Shown in pieces: positions 31,101 to 36,644 of a stretch of DNA of 64,000 nt (position 1 is the stretch's first letter; every line of letters starts with the position of its first letter). The stretch is from Candidatus Omnitrophota bacterium (GTDB lineage: Bacteria > Omnitrophota > Gorgyraeia > Zapsychrales > Zapsychraceae). The position numbers and the translations under genes were made by a program. Location: NCBI GenBank assembly GCA_015233405.1, contig JADFXT010000010.1, positions 41,578 to 105,577 of the forward strand, read 5' to 3'. The notes under the pieces were generated by a model. That model was not told the origin of the DNA, did no database searches, and was given only the letters and a program-made list of their open reading frames with translations.

Positions 31101-32099
31101 CATGTAGAATGGATGAAAAGATATCATATAAGTATTTCTTCTGATGGGAAAATGATGTTTCATCCGCAAAAGCCTGTGAAAGTCAAAGGCAAGAAAAGCT
31201 CCGACGGGGCGATGATAACGAAGGCGTTACATTTAACAGAAGGGCAAGAGATCACTATTCCCTATCAAGGAAAAACGGTTAAGCTCATTCCCGTAAGGAT
31301 TTCGGATTATGATATCGTTGTGGCAAAGGGCAAAGTGCTGGCCACTCCAGGGGCTTTTAAATTATGGATAGAGGGTAAAGGTATTATTGAGAATAGTATT
31401 TTTACTTTCCAGGAGAAAGCGGATGCGATATTAATTGAATCTTTCAAAATTAATACCAGTAATTATCAGGATACGGGCGATGGAATCGGCCGCGCCATCA
31501 TGGATGTTATCGTCGCTATCGGCAAGAGGGTGGAAGTGGATCAATCCGCTAATTACGGTTTGCTTCGGCTTCTTTCTTTTTATCAAGCGGACAATAGAAA
31601 AGTCACGTTTGACGGAAAAGAATTTCAGGATATCCATTGGTTTGAGGACTACGGTCCGATCAGAATCGTTATGTCGGATGGCCGGACTGCCAAGTTTGTT
31701 ATCAGTAGCGACGGTAAACATTTTGAATTTCAAACAGGAGACGGTAGCCAGGTGTCTTTGAGCATGCTTGAAGTTCTCAATCAAGACGGATATGTTCGTA
31801 TTCCGGGAATCACAACACCGTTTCAAGTTTATTTATCTAAAAAGATCGATAAAATAATCATTTCCGCGCCGACGGATGCAGCGATGAGCACTAGGACAAC
31901 AGACGTCGGTGGTATTGATTTAAATCCGGAAAATTTGAGCATTGAAAGTAAAGGCGAGAAGATAAAGTTTGATGCCAAAAAATTTGAGAATATGGAAATT
32001 GACGGCTTGACGCCGGTGATTTTTAATATGGTCCCGCTTGCCCCGGCACAGGTCGAGATGCTGTTAGGGTTTAAAGATGGTGAGCAAGGAAAGGTATAG
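22194..32099 (+). CDS. Giant modular protein G1 (3301 aa): signal/anchor, conserved N-domain, six variable modules (three transglutaminase-like plus TPR, one HEAT-like), conserved C-tail
   Basis: Uninterrupted 9.9-kb ORF with RBS AAGGGGGG and ATG 22194. The N-terminal region and the last roughly 70 aa are homologous to the 46919-52612 ORF. D-x-A-M junction Met codons lie at 23313, 24789, 27462, 29055, 29508, 31212 and 31884. TPR sequence example: AEAHYYLGLVQKNSFRYEAAIRSLTKAINLDPTNANYY. Confidence 0.85.
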   Translation: MTLGTPIYNKRIFKVITLSVLISFTFNCVIPPQFASAQTAPVLPAQQLITLTDAYSPVVMKGLKLYPDNPLKFDFILDKGEAFAPNDPARPTAEQESQLKEEATRLIKYFLASLTTPEKDMWVNLNPKEPDRIVPQKFGETEMGRDLLAQDYLLKQMTASLMHPDGDVGKKFWSKIYQQAYEKFGTTDVPVDTLNKVWIVPEKAVVYENQNTAFVVQAKLKVMLEEDYEALEQTKDHRQETIDQPSAEKKSRVSGLSSMVIRQIILPVLEKEVNEGKNFAQLRQVYHSLILATWFKRNLKESLLGRKYVDQSKTPGVNIEDKNEKFKIYDRYLEAFKKGAYNYIKEEYDPATQAIVPKKYFSGGITALNLDSAMTVTHNQSLAKTLLTALLITVGVNLFVGCETQPNYNQRHSKTTHQVRQKPVRINHTIPQAQPVATDSVVSEFLWSQPTADSLNLYEQKFRSQNPNFANQSLDQQVVSFVEFIKSPTGLGVSYSMALTRTEELAQQGGNLDSVVATKQAVCLGFTRLIYFLGKKLGLPNQIYSVEGQKHVINVFSLLRKTEDGQSQDGYALIVDASTNKSGGFIRTDVFKFDEKYGKNGDAYALRPGQQLPMDNYNFNAAGNVRYEIIKPFEPGAYNLTEALARVHKDQENVQQIFSEASKCFENRQYPEAIAKYQAAIPLVEALRSRLVEKSWLFSSIIKNFQEVVRSLDEMRENASTNISAAEHNQQNAGYAQNSSQSQNTMSITLESEQDKQDFQEISVKKQEIVALINTGVRFAENGKYRESAGYFSKAIGISRSLEQLGLAKKYPDMLGPLRQTAERNLEQVKNLGGLSQYTPSSQTFRDAARYAQRNIQNPQDIDAAMMTKWVSAVAFAGALAFMNMQPATAQNVNLAGVMGSQIATSAVARQAVSPAELDTLFVGLSKGDLAAYSKLMNLAGTKNPSVISGLLNQASRGSIDAIGILGHHATSISGIKEGLKNVNPQPLLDADPEGSKRTVDALYTLALYDNAKALFVLVHLATQKVNTLAAEALKQLSFQEGQGIMAQEAIKNIDLKPLIEKASYGDKKAIEMLRLFAETGIVPAARSAIKNLNVQFFIDKSSQGSDENLDFLISLADAGNLAAQEALKIMDPHVFVEKVSPNNPGSIYSLEQLALNQNQIALSAINLFARQGYKEATTSLQLIVGSINELHGSADSIRFAIVNNSSPVDLYTMIVSAQDEVLAFPSTFTGLFNRMMEGMKAQGISISGDGILNQANYYKFRTFFKLAVNFNRLNDFLGTLPSEEEKTALLEKFVKGLDKEKDVLAQATVVADVFGMIKTDATLFPLMRQMVKTEFERTLQDGSNRYAEVIYGLLTILFAQNTDINDSLFKRVADDFQFPDVSVLHQADLFDANGIFRQVQYFYEDEDGDASFKNLLNTYKNKPNWKIIDFFNYILIKGTLKGRTIEIYANKPFLDSADQTTNAQNELDNFIQREGLGVYMAIHRGHSYHVQKTIDRLGSSLKFVFLGSCGGSNRMNDVLKKSPGAQILATKGIGTATINDLLLKMINDLLLSGQDVNWHAFRSNLAKKEEFKRAAEFIHYIFPDENTGFLFIRAYMELLKRFGLEYPIEGIDFNKLNRDHFNKVARYVENEIKYNQEQGPVIVWTQEPDSAQKKNSNVPAASNQISNSDYQAIVALINSNSLDYSSNPVLNPNDPTRLSVVINVISDLALNHPDAQVRYKALNMWRYLSEKYPNNAPLQSPQLQNAGGIQGGDHAMMASRLKTVLKMSSLVLMSSLPMCFNFQGKIATSSAVFNPPPAVLMEENRLAAAIKSADMGTLHYSQQITDAHTSWLMSKKDTSGRPYVSIWKEKSDGILSDYKAGRMSADSAAEAQRQLMDQISKKVKSWMGHNTTTVGLDKAIVKNTIAKSKFSQVGLNSIAILERLLKNDILENVSSTEVRLKSNNDLSRDAVLKIVGQNNIDQVWSILLQSFEAGDCLTHTENAFAIVHGDLGYPIQFVHVTQEQDGHPTEHFVPLLTTLDGRNVYLEFTSPSVSPRFVLEKAYTFTPTSEGIVGMLKDPNREGLSRYAKITIISTQRFIASRYFLIGQAEYLAGLNEENQMHFVNAESNFKQSIATDPTFAEAHYYLGLVQKNSFRYEAAIRSLTKAINLDPTNANYYRERGSAYDRLWQHEKALRDLNKALQINPNDKEAIKLSDEIESRNNKKQSFQYNIDTLKALARRGSSTATALLAGEIDWNNYGIPAALALAGINFDQVARESQRSSSPTYEVGNARETVNDYLQGPDAAMMARGDSLTKKEAASILKKITAAYRAGDRLENETLGEYLNRILQTREFYRYVAAHPLSTRIQSFLKEPKKSLKEAGWGLTMSLVKATMPVDDPTIVYILRDNAQLFLSQVKSNIFMWYAFLALSVNNGKAKLKKLPNKKNEIPNGKDADRAMMTRGFRNLFVPFAFVAAATAPVLLNPSITSAEEMQKSGSTLNEDAILANDGIPIGIKAMEELKGAFNATSPDYTTISVLNSPQNYNKVLRILIMQVMRKHQPNSPQWQRAFDIVRYMSGQDSLAIGLALSKVLSSENTTNAGASVQTPRALSLEDQKVADVIKDLALRFKSSASTVDDFTALVMSWKDKGDSLKLFMSARRKEMDSLRKDIDAGKPEAQEAARDIALKIRLKTIAEFFHDVDVVGIEEAMLFGAATCHTLAEMNYILLRAVGFKEDEVSFVALRSGVLHYFHWFCMVRFQDQNKAFITDAAFGKTTPMFTVQDAYDISSDGGLILKSDRTNIPMEVQTYPNMMPLRLEDFINEGGDVYTGREFITIDGKYKFDIAIKYFTRAIEANPHSAEAYMWRAKAYLGLAGNDRDLQMKARTDLLKTIEINYRLIPRVRDLLSPYVWNWTAFLFVGHDSSFPSDSVKDIDSSLAQGELAMNVGDNLKAVGFFQSVLKNVAELKQSNPQLTDEQRVLLNGLANEALAHVEWMKRYHISISSDGKMMFHPQKPVKVKGKKSSDGAMITKALHLTEGQEITIPYQGKTVKLIPVRISDYDIVVAKGKVLATPGAFKLWIEGKGIIENSIFTFQEKADAILIESFKINTSNYQDTGDGIGRAIMDVIVAIGKRVEVDQSANYGLLRLLSFYQADNRKVTFDGKEFQDIHWFEDYGPIRIVMSDGRTAKFVISSDGKHFEFQTGDGSQVSLSMLEVLNQDGYVRIPGITTPFQVYLSKKIDKIIISAPTDAAMSTRTTDVGGIDLNPENLSIESKGEKIKFDAKKFENMEIDGLTPVIFNMVPLAPAQVEMLLGFKDGEQGKV
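22899..22973. repeat. Heptad-periodic (TAGAC-type) palindromic element inserted in-frame in G1
   Basis: 75 bp (25 codons). Arms of catagac/aagagac/tatagac units and their complements surround a central hairpin cagcc-ttc-ggctg. Same family as 11297-11370. It encodes the linker DHRQETIDQPSAEKKSRVSGLSSMV. Confidence 0.7.
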
Positions 32100-32141
32100 T
32101 TTTGGACAATTAATTATTTTGTCATCTGTCTTTCTTTTGTT

Positions 32142-32250
32142 GTCATCCCGGGCGAAGACCCGGGATCCAGGATATTAAAATCATTTGCTGGATTCCCGCT
32201 TCCGCGGGAATGACAGTGAAGCGAGGCGGGAATGACAGAATGGGATGACA
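32142..32250. repeat. Double-hairpin palindromic element, copy C plus trailing half-copies
   Basis: gtcatcccgggcgaagacccgggatccag ... ctggattcccgcttccgcgggaatgaca (to 32215), then the partial repeats gcgggaatgaca and gggatgaca. It starts 43 bp after the G1 stop and abuts the stop of the minus-strand gene at 32259. Confidence 0.85.
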
Positions 32251-32258
32251 GAAAAAAG

Positions 32259-33374
32259 CTACAAAATAAATCCTTCCACCATTTCCGCGATCGCAAGACA
32301 GCTGGTTAGTCCCGGCGATTCAATCCCGATAAGATTAATAAAATTTTCCAATCTTTTGTCTTTTTCATGAGAGATGACAAAGTCATGGAAAGCCTCGTTT
32401 GGTTTTTGGAGTTTTGGGCGCACTCCAGCGGTATCTATGGCCAAATCGTTAAGCATTAACGCCGGAAGATAGGATTGAACATCGGTGAAGAATTTTTCTT
32501 TGTCCGCTTCATTGACGTCGTAATTTATGATGTCAATCCACGCGTCGTCTGGGCCTAAACGTAAGCCGCCAGCTAAATCCGGAGTGATATGGATCCCTAA
32601 TCCGTTCTTTGACGGCGGCGGATAAATCAATCGCATCACGGAAAATTTTTTAGGATTACTGATGCGAAAGTATTGCCCTTTGTTAAACCGCAAACGATAA
32701 TCAAGCGCGTCAATGTCCATTCCAACCATTTCTGCTATTTTATCCGCCCACAAGCCACCACAATTAATCACCGTTGTTGTTTCAAACGGAAAATGTTCTC
32801 CATCAGGTTCTTCGACCACGATTTCGTAGGAAGACGGGCATTGGCGTATAACCGCCGCCGTGATACCGAAACCGAACTCGACCCCGTTGGCTTTGGATGT
32901 TTCATAAAAAAATTTCATGGCCGCATGAGAATCGATGATACCGGTATCCGGTGAAAGAATTCCCATTTCCGCAGTCACATCCGGCTCAAGTTTACGGATT
33001 TGGTCCTTATCTAAAAACGTCAGGTTTTCGACGCCGCAGGCAATAGCATTTTTATAAATATTCTCGATCTTTCCGATTTCTTCTTTTGTCGGTGCGATCA
33101 CCAGCTTGCCGAGTTTTTTATGAGGAATGTTATGCTTCTGGCATAATTCATAGAGAAGCTTGTTACCGCGCAGACAACATTTAGCTTTAAGGCTGCCGGG
33201 TTTGTAGTAAAGGCCGGCATGAATGACCTCGGAATTGCGCGAACTCGTTTCCTGGCCGAAGGACTTGTGCTGATCAATAACAAGGATATTTTTTTTTCCT
33301 GATTGAGATAATTTATATCCTATGGCCAATCCAACGATGCCGGCGCCGATAATTGTGATGTCCACTCTTTCCAT
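32259..33374 (-). CDS. FAD-dependent oxidoreductase, L-2-hydroxyglutarate oxidase/dehydrogenase (LhgO)-like
   Basis: N-terminal dinucleotide fold ITIIGAGIVGLAIG. NSEVIHAGLYYKPGSLKAK parallels the E. coli LhgO stretch NSGVIHAGVYYTPGSLKAQ. Confidence 0.75.
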   Translation of the reverse strand: MERVDITIIGAGIVGLAIGYKLSQSGKKNILVIDQHKSFGQETSSRNSEVIHAGLYYKPGSLKAKCCLRGNKLLYELCQKHNIPHKKLGKLVIAPTKEEIGKIENIYKNAIACGVENLTFLDKDQIRKLEPDVTAEMGILSPDTGIIDSHAAMKFFYETSKANGVEFGFGITAAVIRQCPSSYEIVVEEPDGEHFPFETTTVINCGGLWADKIAEMVGMDIDALDYRLRFNKGQYFRISNPKKFSVMRLIYPPPSKNGLGIHITPDLAGGLRLGPDDAWIDIINYDVNEADKEKFFTDVQSYLPALMLNDLAIDTAGVRPKLQKPNEAFHDFVISHEKDKRLENFINLIGIESPGLTSCLAIAEMVEGFIL

Positions 33375-33481
33375 GGTGACTTTATTTTACACATTCGGCG
33401 AAAAAAACCAAAAGAAAAATAGACATTCTTCGGAGTCGTTGATAAGATGGGGACAATTGTTCAGAGGAGAAAGGAGAGGCA

Positions 33482-34111
33482 ATGAAGAAAATCTTGCATA
33501 TCATCGCGACTCCCCGCGATCAAGAATCGCGCACGCTTAAAATCTCCAGGGCTTTTTTGGAAGTTCTTAAGAGAAAGAATCCGGATTATCAGATAGACGA
33601 GTTAAATCTTTTTGAGGAAGAATTGCCTTCCTTGACGGTCAAGACTGTTGCGGGTAAATATACGCTGATGAGCGGAAAATCTCTTGATGCGGCACAGAAA
33701 GAGGCTTGGGCCGGCGTTTTGAAACATATTGAGCGGTTTTTGTCTGCTGATATTTATGTGATCTCAACTCCGATGTGGAATTTCAGTATTCCTTATGTTC
33801 TTAAACATTACATCGATGTGATTTTTCAGCCGAGTTATTTATTTCAATATACAGCCAAAGGCCCCGAGGGTTTGGCCAAAGATAAGAAAATGGTCGTCTG
33901 CACGTCCCGTGGAGGTGATTATAGTGAAGGCACGGCCGCGGAAAGATTTGATTATCAGGACCCTTACCTTAAAATGGCGTTTGGATTTGTTGGCATAACG
34001 GATATTGCTTTTATTCACGCACAGCCGATGGATGCGGCGGGCGCGGAAGTTCGGGACCAAAAACTTAAAGACGCTATTTTGACCGCGTCTCGTATCGCAG
34101 AAGAGATATAA
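33482..34111 (+). CDS. azoR: FMN-dependent NADH-azoreductase / flavodoxin-like quinone reductase
   Basis: Co-linear with AzoR: PMWNFSIPYVLKHYIDV, YTAKGPEGLAKDKKMVVCTSRGG, FGFVGITDIAFI. Confidence 0.8.
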   Translation: MKKILHIIATPRDQESRTLKISRAFLEVLKRKNPDYQIDELNLFEEELPSLTVKTVAGKYTLMSGKSLDAAQKEAWAGVLKHIERFLSADIYVISTPMWNFSIPYVLKHYIDVIFQPSYLFQYTAKGPEGLAKDKKMVVCTSRGGDYSEGTAAERFDYQDPYLKMAFGFVGITDIAFIHAQPMDAAGAEVRDQKLKDAILTASRIAEEI

Positions 34112-34178
34112 TAATAAAATGGTTTCATGATGTAATTTGACTTGATTTTTTGTAAAAACTTTGTAAACTTATCTCATT

Positions 34179-34985
34179 ATGAATAAAAAAATCCTGATTG
34201 TTGATGATGATCCCGTAAGTATCAAGCTGATCCGTTCCAAAATAGAACAGGAAGGCTACACAGTTCTTTATGCTGAAAATGGAAAGATCGGGCTTGAAAT
34301 CGCAAATACGGAAGACCCGGATGTGATTATTACGGATATTGTCATGCCTGTGATGGATGGGGTTGACCTGTTCCGTGAACTTAAAAAATCTATTCGTACC
34401 GCTAACATTCCGATTATTGTTATTACAGAAAGCCGCGTTATCGAGGAATCTTTCCGTCGTCTAGGGATCAATGATTTTTTTGCGAAGCCGTTAGACGGCT
34501 TTAAAGTGATTGAGAAAGTCCGGCAGGTTGTCGCTTTAAAAAAGCAAAGATTCGGGCAAAGAAAAATTTTGGTTTCCGGGAATTATCGCGCGATCACCTC
34601 TGAGATGGAGGATTTGTTATCCGAGGAGAATTATGTAACGCTTTCTACAGAAGAAGGCGCAGAGGTCGTTTCTAAGGCCTTATTGATGGTTCCGGATTTT
34701 ATTCTTCTAGATGTTTTACAAAAGGATATTTCTGCCAAGGAAATTATTAAGGCTTTAAGATGTTTTGTAAAGATCAAAGGGTCAAACATTGTTGTTTATA
34801 ATAGTTTTAATTCTGATGATGTGGGCAATCCCGCCATGCTGACTTTGTTAAGTGGAGAAAAAGAAGCGTGTTTCGAGTCCGGCTCTAATTATTATTTGGG
34901 GCGTTATAGCCGAAGTAATTTTATTGAAAACTTTAATGCGCTCATTTCTTTAGCTTCCTCGCCTAAAGATAATCTTAAGAGTTAA
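34179..34985 (+). CDS. Response regulator (REC domain plus uncharacterised C-terminal, possibly second pseudo-receiver, domain)
   Basis: KILIVDDDP...DVIITDIVMPVMDG...AKP are classic receiver motifs with a phospho-acceptor Asp. No DNA-binding output recognised and no adjacent kinase. Confidence 0.8.
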   Translation: MNKKILIVDDDPVSIKLIRSKIEQEGYTVLYAENGKIGLEIANTEDPDVIITDIVMPVMDGVDLFRELKKSIRTANIPIIVITESRVIEESFRRLGINDFFAKPLDGFKVIEKVRQVVALKKQRFGQRKILVSGNYRAITSEMEDLLSEENYVTLSTEEGAEVVSKALLMVPDFILLDVLQKDISAKEIIKALRCFVKIKGSNIVVYNSFNSDDVGNPAMLTLLSGEKEACFESGSNYYLGRYSRSNFIENFNALISLASSPKDNLKS

Positions 34986-35015
34986 GATCCTTCCTAAAAT
35001 TGTATCTAAAATAAG

Positions 35016-35167
35016 GTAAATTTCTTGTAGTATAGAAAAGCAGGGGATGCTTTTTCATGTCACTGCGGAAAATTTCTTAGAATTATATTAAATATACTGT
35101 AAATTTCTTGTGGTATAGAAAAGCAAAAGTCGCTTTTCCACACCACTGCGAGAATTCTCTGGAATTA
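35016..35167. repeat. Imperfect tandem duplication (2 copies, period 83 bp, about 69 bp conserved each) in the glyQS 5' region
   Basis: Copy 1 starts at 35016 (gtaaatttcttgtagtatagaaaagcaggggatgctttttc...cactgcgg). Copy 2 starts at 35099 (gtaaatttcttgtggtatagaaaagcaaaagtcgcttttcc...cactgcga). Each holds a gaaaagc/gcttttc hairpin. Confidence 0.8.
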
Positions 35168-35229
35168 AAGTAAAAGACCGTGGAATTCTCTTGCTTTCCA
35201 AAAACTTTTTGGCTAAAATACCGCAACTC

Positions 35230-36531
35230 ATGCAAACTAACGACCTCATGGAAAAAATCGTATCGCTGTGTAAGCGCCGCGGATTTATCTTTCAATCCTC
35301 GGAAATTTATGGCGGCTTAAACGGCGCCTGGGATTACGGGCCTTTGGGCGCGGAGCTCAAACGCAATGTCAAGAACGCCTGGTGGAAGGCTGTTGTCCAC
35401 GAGCGTGAAGATATCGTCGGGCTCGATGCTTCTATCCTCATGCATCCGAGGACTTGGGATGCTTCAGGGCATACAGCCAATTTTGCGGATATTCTCGTTG
35501 ATTGTAAAAAATGTAACAATCGTTTCCGTCAGGACCATTTGAAGGGTAAGTGTCCGGTCTGTGGAGCCAATGATTTTACAGAAGGTCGGGCGTTTAACTT
35601 GATGTTTAAGACGCAGGTCGGAGCGGTAGAAGACGAGAAGGGGATTTGCTATCTTCGCCCCGAAACCGCACAGGGGATCTTTGTCAACTTCGCTAACGTC
35701 CTGGACTCGACTCACCGTAGGCTTCCTTTTGGGATTGCGCAGATCGGAAAATCGTTTCGTAATGAAGTGACCGCCGGGAATTTTATATTCCGTTGCCGCG
35801 AGTTCGAACAGATGGAAATCGAATATTTCACAAAACCAGCGGATGCGGAAGAATGCCATAAGGCTTGGATCGAGGCTCGGTTTAATTGGTATTTGAATTT
35901 GGGGATAAAAAAAGAAAATCTTCAGCTACGGGTTCATGATAAAGACGAGCTTGCCCATTATGCTAAAGGGTGTTCCGATATCGAATATAATTTTCCTTTT
36001 GGATGGTCGGAGCTGGAGGGAATCGCGAACCGCACCGATTACGATCTTAAACAGCATTCTCAGTTTTCCGGGAAAGATCTTCAGTATCAGGACCCGGTGA
36101 CGAATGAGAAAATTTTTCCTTACGTGATTGAACCATCCGGCGGAGTGGACCGAGCGACTTTGGCATTCTTAGTCGACGCCTATCATGAAGAAACGGTCAA
36201 TGAGCAGACACGCGTAGTGTTAAGGTTCAGCAAGGAGCTGGCGCCGATCAAGGTGGCGGTGTTGCCGCTTTTAAAGAAGAACGCCGACATTGTAGCTCTT
36301 GCAAAAAATATTAAGAAAGATTTGCAGAAAAGCTTCAGTTGTGTTTATGATGATACAGCTGCCATCGGGAAACTATACCGCCGGCAGGATGAGGTCGGGA
36401 CTTTTTATTGTGTGACCGTCGATGTCGATTCACTCGAAGACAAACAGGTCACGGTCCGCGATAGGGACACGATGACGCAAATTCGTATTCCCGTCGATAA
36501 TATAAAACAGTATTTGGCCGAGAAATTTTAA
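35230..36531 (+). CDS. glyQS: Glycine--tRNA ligase (alpha2 homodimeric type)
   Basis: MEKIVSLCKRRGFIFQSSEIYGGLNGAWDYGPLGAELKRNVKNAWW is a hallmark GlyQS N-terminus. The track start (TTG 35191) is replaced by the in-frame ATG at 35230; ATG 35248 is also possible. Confidence 0.92.
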   Translation: MQTNDLMEKIVSLCKRRGFIFQSSEIYGGLNGAWDYGPLGAELKRNVKNAWWKAVVHEREDIVGLDASILMHPRTWDASGHTANFADILVDCKKCNNRFRQDHLKGKCPVCGANDFTEGRAFNLMFKTQVGAVEDEKGICYLRPETAQGIFVNFANVLDSTHRRLPFGIAQIGKSFRNEVTAGNFIFRCREFEQMEIEYFTKPADAEECHKAWIEARFNWYLNLGIKKENLQLRVHDKDELAHYAKGCSDIEYNFPFGWSELEGIANRTDYDLKQHSQFSGKDLQYQDPVTNEKIFPYVIEPSGGVDRATLAFLVDAYHEETVNEQTRVVLRFSKELAPIKVAVLPLLKKNADIVALAKNIKKDLQKSFSCVYDDTAAIGKLYRRQDEVGTFYCVTVDVDSLEDKQVTVRDRDTMTQIRIPVDNIKQYLAEKF

Positions 36532-36644
36532 CTACCTACCGCTAGAGTTTTTTCAGAGCAGGTAGGCAAACCCCTGTAGTTCCCCAAGGGAACGAAAGGG
36601 GCAACATAACCATTCTTTAAGAATAGAAGGAGAGTAGGTGTACC

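Noticed and set aside
35016-35230. A T-box leader or tandem glycine riboswitch upstream of glyQS.
   Set aside because: I could not find the T-box consensus (AAnnnGGGTGGnACCGCG-like), a specifier-loop arrangement, or the glycine-riboswitch conserved cores (GGAGAG ... CACCG ... GGGGCAA-type). The region is reported only as an unexplained tandem repeat.
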